Below, in pieces: positions 56,102-64,000 of a DNA stretch of 64,000 nucleotides. Both the position numbers and the translations under genes were made by a program. The notes beneath the pieces are model-generated. The model saw nothing but the letters and a program-made list of their open reading frames with translations, made no database searches and was not told the origin of the DNA. How positions within the stretch are numbered: the stretch's first letter is position 1; every line of letters starts with the position of its first letter. Origin of the DNA: Octopus vulgaris (Eukaryota); the NCBI GenBank assembly GCA_951406725.2, contig OX597819.1, positions 15,872,001 through 15,936,000 of the forward strand, written 5' to 3'.

Positions 56102-56654
56102 CACAAAAAGTATATATATATTTACCAAAAGTATATATATGATATATATATATATATATATATATATAGGCACTACTATACGATATATGATCTATGCGTA
56201 AAAGAGTACGCTGCTGGAAAGGCGTGACATTAAGTATGACATTGTATAAGTAGGTTAGGTCACGTGGTTAGGCCAAGTGGTTCGTCAGCGATTAGGAATC
56301 ACTCTTAATTACTTTAGTAAGGGTCATTGTGAACTTTGACGTCCCCTTAGTATTTAATCTTTAATCTTTTATGAGCTTTCTTCTATCCCTTCACTGAGGG
56401 GTCTCATTGATATTGCTGTGGCTGTAGTTGTTGTTGTAGTTGGGGTTATAATAGCAATAATACTGATTATTATTATTATTGTTGTTGTTGTTGTTGTTGT
56501 TAGGAATTATTAAGGCAATTGAGTGAATTTTTCTGTTCAAACTTCAGCGACACCAGCGCCGCTGCCGCTACTATTATTACTACCTCTACCAGCATTATTA
56601 TTTAGATGTACCTTGTCTCTCTTAACAAGTCATTGCCCTGAAACCATTGAAGCA

Positions 56655-56697
<43 letters not shown>

Positions 56698-57184
56698 AGA
56701 GAGAGAGAGATAGAGAAAGAGAGAGAAAGAGAGAAGAGATAGAGAGAGACAGAAGAAAGTGAAATAGTTGGAAAAAGAAATGATATAGATAAATATACGT
56801 AGGTAGAGATGGATTGATTGATAGCTCGAAAATACAAACAGATTGGTAGCTAAGTAATTAAGCATATAGAGATAAGCAGATATAAATAGACAGTTGACAG
56901 TTAGATAAACATATATAGATAAAAAAAAAAAATAAGTGGTTGTTTGTCCTTTATCGTGATTTAGTGTGTAATAAATTCTGTGAGGTGTTTTATCCTTTGT
57001 AGATATTGTTAGACTTTAATGGACTTTAATGTTCTGCTTCAGAAACTTGTGCAATAAAATTTGGCCTAACAAACGGAACCCTTACACCTGCATTTAATAT
57101 TAAACTTACCTCGACATTCCCATTTATGATATTGAAAAGAAAAGTTCAACCGACGGAAATACTCAGGTAAACGTAATCAAACAG

Positions 57185-57217
<33 letters not shown>

Positions 57218-57375
57218 ATTCTTCAAACCTCATGTGATTGCTGTGTTGCTGTGATAAGAAAACAAACGAACCTTAGCTCTTTTTATCATTTAACCGTAAA
57301 TTCTTAACGTTCTAGTTTTGCTGTCTTCCTGTCGATAGAAGAAAATATTCTAATATATATACAGTAAATAAAGCC

Positions 57376-57442
<67 letters not shown>

Positions 57443-57913
57443 AAACAAAATTTTGTTGATGACAATACTGGTTTGGGTATGAGAGAACGGCAACCGCGAT
57501 TTCTGCGCAAAGGCCATTCGTAAAAACAAATAATCTGCTCCGATGAGGAATAGCCGCCTGCCCCACTCAATGACCAAGGCTAAAAACGGAAACCATTTTA
57601 AAAGGTTGACCGTGAAACTTAAACGACAATAATAACATCAACCACAGAAACAACAACAGCATCAGCATGCATCACCACCACCACCATAAGAACAAGAACA
57701 ACAACAATCAAAGAAACAACAGCAGAAACAATTTCCAATAAAATCCATTTGACTATTTATTAAAAAAAAAAATCCACTTCAAATGTCAAAGTTTGCGCAT
57801 TTTATTCATTTATATAAATAATTAAATGCTTATTATATACACCTGAAAACAAAACAACTTACACAACCTCTTAGCTCCACTGAAATATCGAATGCTTTAA
57901 ACTCATTATATAT

Positions 57914-57967
<54 letters not shown>

Positions 57968-58005
57968 AAGTGAGAGATATATATATATATATATATATAT
58001 AGGGG

Positions 58006-58051
<46 letters not shown>

Positions 58052-58767
58052 ATATATATATATATGCGTGTGTATATATGTGTATATATGAGTGTGCAAA
58101 CAATAAGTACACAAATTAAAATATTTGAAACGAGTAAGTAGATATTTTAATTATAAACTGAGATTATTATTATTATTATTATTATTCCTTCACCGTGACT
58201 ATTAGTTTCACGATGTCGCTACTCACACAATGAAGTAAATTTACCCATTGACTACTCATTGACAAGATTTTTTGGAATCTAAATATTCGAGAATATAAAC
58301 GCGGAGATGAACACTAGACGTTACTATAGATGTTGTCTGTGGTTATAAAAACAATATATATATAAATATGGATGTTAATGTTTACATATAAAACAAGGCT
58401 GTCGTCTTTACAATGGAAACGTCTTGTCACGTATTTCAGTGGTGAAGTTTGGTTTGTTCGTTTCTTGCGAATAGTAGAACAACATTTCCTTTCAAAATGA
58501 ACTGTGAATAATACATCAATATATCATAATAGTGTATAACATTTTCCTTTTCGAACAGTAAGCTATACATATATATAGTCGTATGGTCTCTTGATTAGCC
58601 AGTGAAAACGTGCCATTATTGCTGCCTGGTATTTCCACCACATTAAAAAAAAAAAAAATCCAACTATGACCACCACACCTTCCATAATTTTCATAACTAC
58701 AAATTATCTGCCACATCAACAACTACAGAATATTTACCCAAACAATACATTGTCCATTTCAAATTAA

Positions 58768-59955
58768 ATGTTCATATTGATGCGAAAACGAAAGAGAACG
58801 TTAACTATGGTGACTGCTGGCGCCATCATTGCTCTGCCGTTACCGCTTTTCATGGCATTTATTTTCGCAATTATAATGTTTCTGATTTACAACTGGAAGT
58901 TCTTCCAGACCGATGATGCCATGCCGGTCGCTTATTATAAGGAGTCCGCTCTGGCGACACACATTATGAAAAAATGCAAGCAACTGTGTCAGCCGTTCAA
59001 ACCAACCCTGTGGATCAGGAATAAGCACATTCAGACGTTACTTACCCCATGGTTGTCCAATTCTCAAGTGCAATACGAAAGGGAGTATTTACAGATGCGG
59101 GATCGTGGTATTGTTTCTGTCGACTGGGCATCGCTCCGAGATAGACGCATTCGTGAGTCGAACACGGTTTTCATCATTATCCCGGATGTAGCCCGGGATG
59201 CATCCAGTGTCAGCCGATTAACTAAACATGCGACTGACCGAGGTTTTCGCGTGGCTGTATTCAATCGACGCGGCCACGCCAACAGTTTCTTGACTTCTCC
59301 AAAACTACAAGGCTTTGGCGACCCGACAGACTTGCGACAGGTAGTCAAGTACATTAGGGGAGTATATAGCCGAGCCAATTTGGTGGCGGTGGCGATGGGG
59401 ACAGGAAGTGGCCTTTTACTTTCCTACCTTGGTGAATATGGCTCTTCGGCCCATCTCGCCGCCAGTGTGTGTGTGTCAGCCTGTTATGAAGCACAAGAAT
59501 TGTTAGGCAAAGACATAAAGAACATTTACGACTTTTTCTACCTCCTCAGACAAAAGAGGGCACTCAGTCCTCATGTACCGGCTCTCACCGGTCACTTAGA
59601 TTTATTATCGCTGTTCAACAGCTGGACATTTCGAGACTTCGACGAGAGATTGTACTGTAAAATGTACGGACATAAATCAATCGACGATTACTGGGAAAGA
59701 AACAACCCAATGAGAGACGCGGACGATATTGCTGTGCCTCTTCTGTGTATCAACAGTCTCGATGACCCTATGTTCCCTAAAAGCAATATCCCTTATGATC
59801 TGTTTAAATGTTACCCCAATCTATTTCTGGTGGTCACCGAAAGAGGGGGCCACTGTGGTTTCATTGAGAACTTGACGACTGCAGTGTCGTGGGCCGAGTG
59901 CTTGACGATTCGTTATATAGAGGCTGTGTTGGACGCTCAACTTAAAATAAAATGA
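58768..59955 (+). CDS. ABHD15: Alpha/beta-hydrolase domain protein, ABHD15-like (ABHD1/2/3-YheT family), intronless
   Basis: 395-aa ORF with an N-terminal hydrophobic anchor, FKPTLWIRNKHIQT, REYLQMRDRGIVSVDW, VFNRRGH, GDPTDLRQVVKYI, AVAMGTGSGLLLSYLGEYGSS (ABHD15-type, no GxSxG), YWERNNP, LLCINSLDDP and GGHCGF. The true start may be the ATG at 58807. Confidence 0.9.
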   Translation: MFILMRKRKRTLTMVTAGAIIALPLPLFMAFIFAIIMFLIYNWKFFQTDDAMPVAYYKESALATHIMKKCKQLCQPFKPTLWIRNKHIQTLLTPWLSNSQVQYEREYLQMRDRGIVSVDWASLRDRRIRESNTVFIIIPDVARDASSVSRLTKHATDRGFRVAVFNRRGHANSFLTSPKLQGFGDPTDLRQVVKYIRGVYSRANLVAVAMGTGSGLLLSYLGEYGSSAHLAASVCVSACYEAQELLGKDIKNIYDFFYLLRQKRALSPHVPALTGHLDLLSLFNSWTFRDFDERLYCKMYGHKSIDDYWERNNPMRDADDIAVPLLCINSLDDPMFPKSNIPYDLFKCYPNLFLVVTERGGHCGFIENLTTAVSWAECLTIRYIEAVLDAQLKIK

Positions 59956-59963
59956 AAATTGTA

Positions 59964-60044
<81 letters not shown>

Positions 60045-60164
60045 GTTATTGTTGTTATTGTTATTATTATTGTTATTACTATTATTATTATTATTGTTGT
60101 TGTTATTGTTATTATTATTGTTATTATTATTATTATTATTGTTATTGTTATTATTATTATTATT

Positions 60165-60262
60165 GAGTGAGAGAGCAGTGCATGCCATCAAAGTGACACT
60201 GGGGTAAAATATACGAAGCCCAACATACCCATCATGACTACCCGTCTGATAAGGGTACACCA
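60165..60262 (-). mobile_element. TAA-associated retroposon family E, copy 1 (98 bp)
   Basis: Shares a fixed left end gagtgagagagcagtgcatgcc with four other copies. The right end is variable. Confidence 0.85.
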
Positions 60263-60311
60263 TTATTATTATTATTATTGTTGTTGTTGTTATTATTATT
60301 ACTATTATTAC

Positions 60312-60351
<40 letters not shown>

Positions 60352-60388
60352 GTTATTGTTGTTGTTGTTGCTGTTGCTGTTGTTTTTA

Positions 60389-60483
<95 letters not shown>

Positions 60484-60742
60484 GTTATTGTTATTATTAT
60501 TATTATTATTGTTATTGTTATTATTATTATTATTGTTATTGTTATTTTTATTATTATTTTTATTATTATTATTATTGTTATTGTTATTATTATTATTGTT
60601 ATTGTTATTATTATTATTATTGTTATTATTATTAATATTATTGTTATTGTTATTATTATTATTATTATCATTATTACTATTATTATTATTGTTATTATTA
60701 TTATTATAATTATTGTTATTGTTATTATTATTATTATTGTTG

Positions 60743-60813
<71 letters not shown>

Positions 60814-61141
60814 GAGCGAGAGAGCAGTGCATGCCATCAAAGTGACACTGGGGTAAAATATACGAAGCCCAATATACCCATCATGACTACCCGTCTGATA
60901 AAGGTACACTAGGCACATGCATCATAACCATATGTGCGCGACATGGTGATCTCATATCAAGATAAACAGCACATGACCTTGCAGGTGGGGCCCAGTTAGA
61001 ATTTTCTTCAGGTTGAGTAGCCCATCCCGCTCAAAAGGTCCCTGAATAAGGGTTGTTTAAGAATGTTGAAAGAACCACCCATGTTTCCAGAGGTGAATTA
61101 TTCAAACCCCAAAGAATCCCTCTCAACACATGGCTATGATG

Positions 61142-61144
<3 letters not shown>
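60814..61144 (-). mobile_element. Family E, copy 2 (331 bp)
   Basis: Same fixed end, flanked by (ATT)n. Confidence 0.85.
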
Positions 61145-62248
<1,104 letters not shown>

Positions 62249-62252
62249 ATTA

Positions 62253-62335
<83 letters not shown>

Positions 62336-62762
62336 GAGTGAGCGAGCAGAGCATGCCATCAAAGTGACACTGGGGTAAAATATACGAAGCCCAGTATACC
62401 CATCATGACTACCCGTCTGATAAGGGTACACCAGGCACATGCATCACAACCATATGTGCGCGACATGGTGATCTCATATCAAGATAAACAGCACATGACC
62501 TTGCAGGTGGGGCCCAGTTAGAATTTTCTTCAGATCGAGTAACCCATCCCGCTCAAAAGGTCCTTGAATAAGGGTTGTTTAAGGACGTTGAACGAAACAC
62601 CCATGTTTCCAGAGGTGAATTATTCAAACCCCAAAGAATCCTTCTCAACACATGGCTATGATGCTCCCCCACTACTTCTGCTCGTGATCAGAGATGCACA
62701 TATCGTCAGCCACTAAGGGACATGCTCAACTGGTTAAGGTCAAACAACTGACAAGCAAATCT
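62336..62762 (-). mobile_element. Family E, copy 4 (427 bp)
   Basis: Same fixed end, flanked by (ATT)n. Confidence 0.85.
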
Positions 62763-62878
62763 TATTATTATTATTATTATTATTATTCAGTAGTTTTATT
62801 TTTATAGCAAGCTTTCACTTCACTACCGAGCGCAGCTCTGTGTGCCTTGGGTATGTGCTGTGATTTGTTGTGATGCTC

Positions 62879-62955
<77 letters not shown>

Positions 62956-63325
62956 GCCTTTTCATAGCTTCTAATGCTGTAGATGTACTACGGTGTCAGC
63001 TGTTCACTACCAGTGAACTAAGGTAACACCTCTTATTTTTCGTGCACCTTCCGGAGTATTCGAGCGGTTACAATCAGTGCTGCTTTTTGCAAGTGCTCCA
63101 ACCTTATTGCAGCCCTTATTTGTTCCATGTACTTCTCAAGATTTTTACTCACTGTTCTCAGGGCTCCGACAATTATTGGTACTACTGCTACATTTTTCCT
63201 CGACCACAATTGCTTAACCTCCCAAGCTAACCTGTCATATCTCTCGACTTTTCTTTCTTCCTTATCGCATACCTTGTTGTCAGCTGGGCATGCTATAGCT
63301 ATGATCCAGCATAGTTTACTTTCTT
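62956..63325 (-). mobile_element. R4/Dong-like retrotransposon 3' end (family G) with RLE domain remnant
   Basis: Open frame 63320 to 63033: KLCWIIAIACPADNKVCDKEERKVERYDRLAWEVKQLW..VVPIIVGALRTVSKNLEKY..LQKAALIVTARILRKVHEK*. A short 3'UTR and (AAT)n follow. Confidence 0.85.
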
Positions 63326-63421
63326 TCTTCTTTCTTTTCTTTCTTTCTTTCTTTCTTTCCTTCTTTCTTTTCTTTCTTTCGTTCTCTTCTTCTTATTCTT
63401 CTTCTTCTTCTTCTTCTTATT

Positions 63422-63967
63422 GAGTGAGAGAGAAGTGCATACTATCAAAGTGACACCGAGGTAAAATATACGAAGCCCAGTCTACCCATCATGACTACCC
63501 GTCTAATAAGGGTACACCAAGCACATGCATATATGCGCGATATGGTGATCTCTTATCAAGATAAACAGCACATGACCTTGCAGGTGGGGTCCAGTTAGAA
63601 TTCTCTTCAGGTCGAGTAGCCCATTCTGCTCAAAAGCTTCCCGAATAAGGGTTGCTTAGGGATGTTGAACGAAACACCCATGTTTGCAGAGGTAAATTAT
63701 TCAAACCCCAAACCCCAAAGAATTACTCTCACCACATGGCTCTGATGCTCCCCCACTACTTCTGTCCGTGATCAGAGATGCACATATCATCAGCCACCAA
63801 AGGACATGCTCAACTTGTTAACGTCAAACAACTGACAAGCAAATCTGTGATATTGAGTAGAATATTTGCTGTAGCCCATCTTCTATACCAAGACAAAACA
63901 ATGTATATGACACTTCCAATCTGTTAAGATCAGAAGCCAAGAGATCCACTGTCGGTACTGCATCAGG

Positions 63968-63968
<1 letters not shown>
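63422..63968 (-). mobile_element. Family E, copy 5 (older, diverged)
   Basis: Same fixed end after TATT, with more substitutions than copies 1-4. Confidence 0.8.

Positions 63969-64000
<32 letters not shown>

Noticed and set aside
59937-60918. Poly-Ile/Asn/Leu/Tyr ORFs
   Set aside because: Frames of the (ATT)n array.

Overview
AT-rich, microsatellite-saturated eukaryotic DNA. The tRNA-derived SINE families, repeat density and gene style look like a coleoid cephalopod, probably Octopus (inferred, not searched). There is one clear protein-coding gene, an intronless ABHD15-like alpha/beta-hydrolase (58768-59955, +) that lacks the nucleophile Ser. The rest is mobile-element debris: several SINE families, mariner remnants, a TA-flanked MITE, a Penelope GIY-YIG fragment, HERO and Helitron fragments, L2/CR1-like RT pieces and R4/Dong-like 3' ends. 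Most ORFs in the track are microsatellite artefacts. Two patterns stand out. (1) At least five unrelated small non-coding elements carry type I hammerhead ribozyme (HHR) motifs. They sit in or beside (TA)n tracts, and most are perfect palindromes or direct-plus-inverted repeats. One is a 490-bp tandem unit with a long stem II, and one has a tRNA-like Pol III head. Together they resemble a Penelope-mobilised, retrozyme-like system. (2) A (TAA)n array right after the ABHD15 stop holds eight insertions from about four families; the seven that can be oriented all lie on the minus strand and appear 5'-truncated. Ribozyme folds were read by eye; none of this was computed or database-checked.
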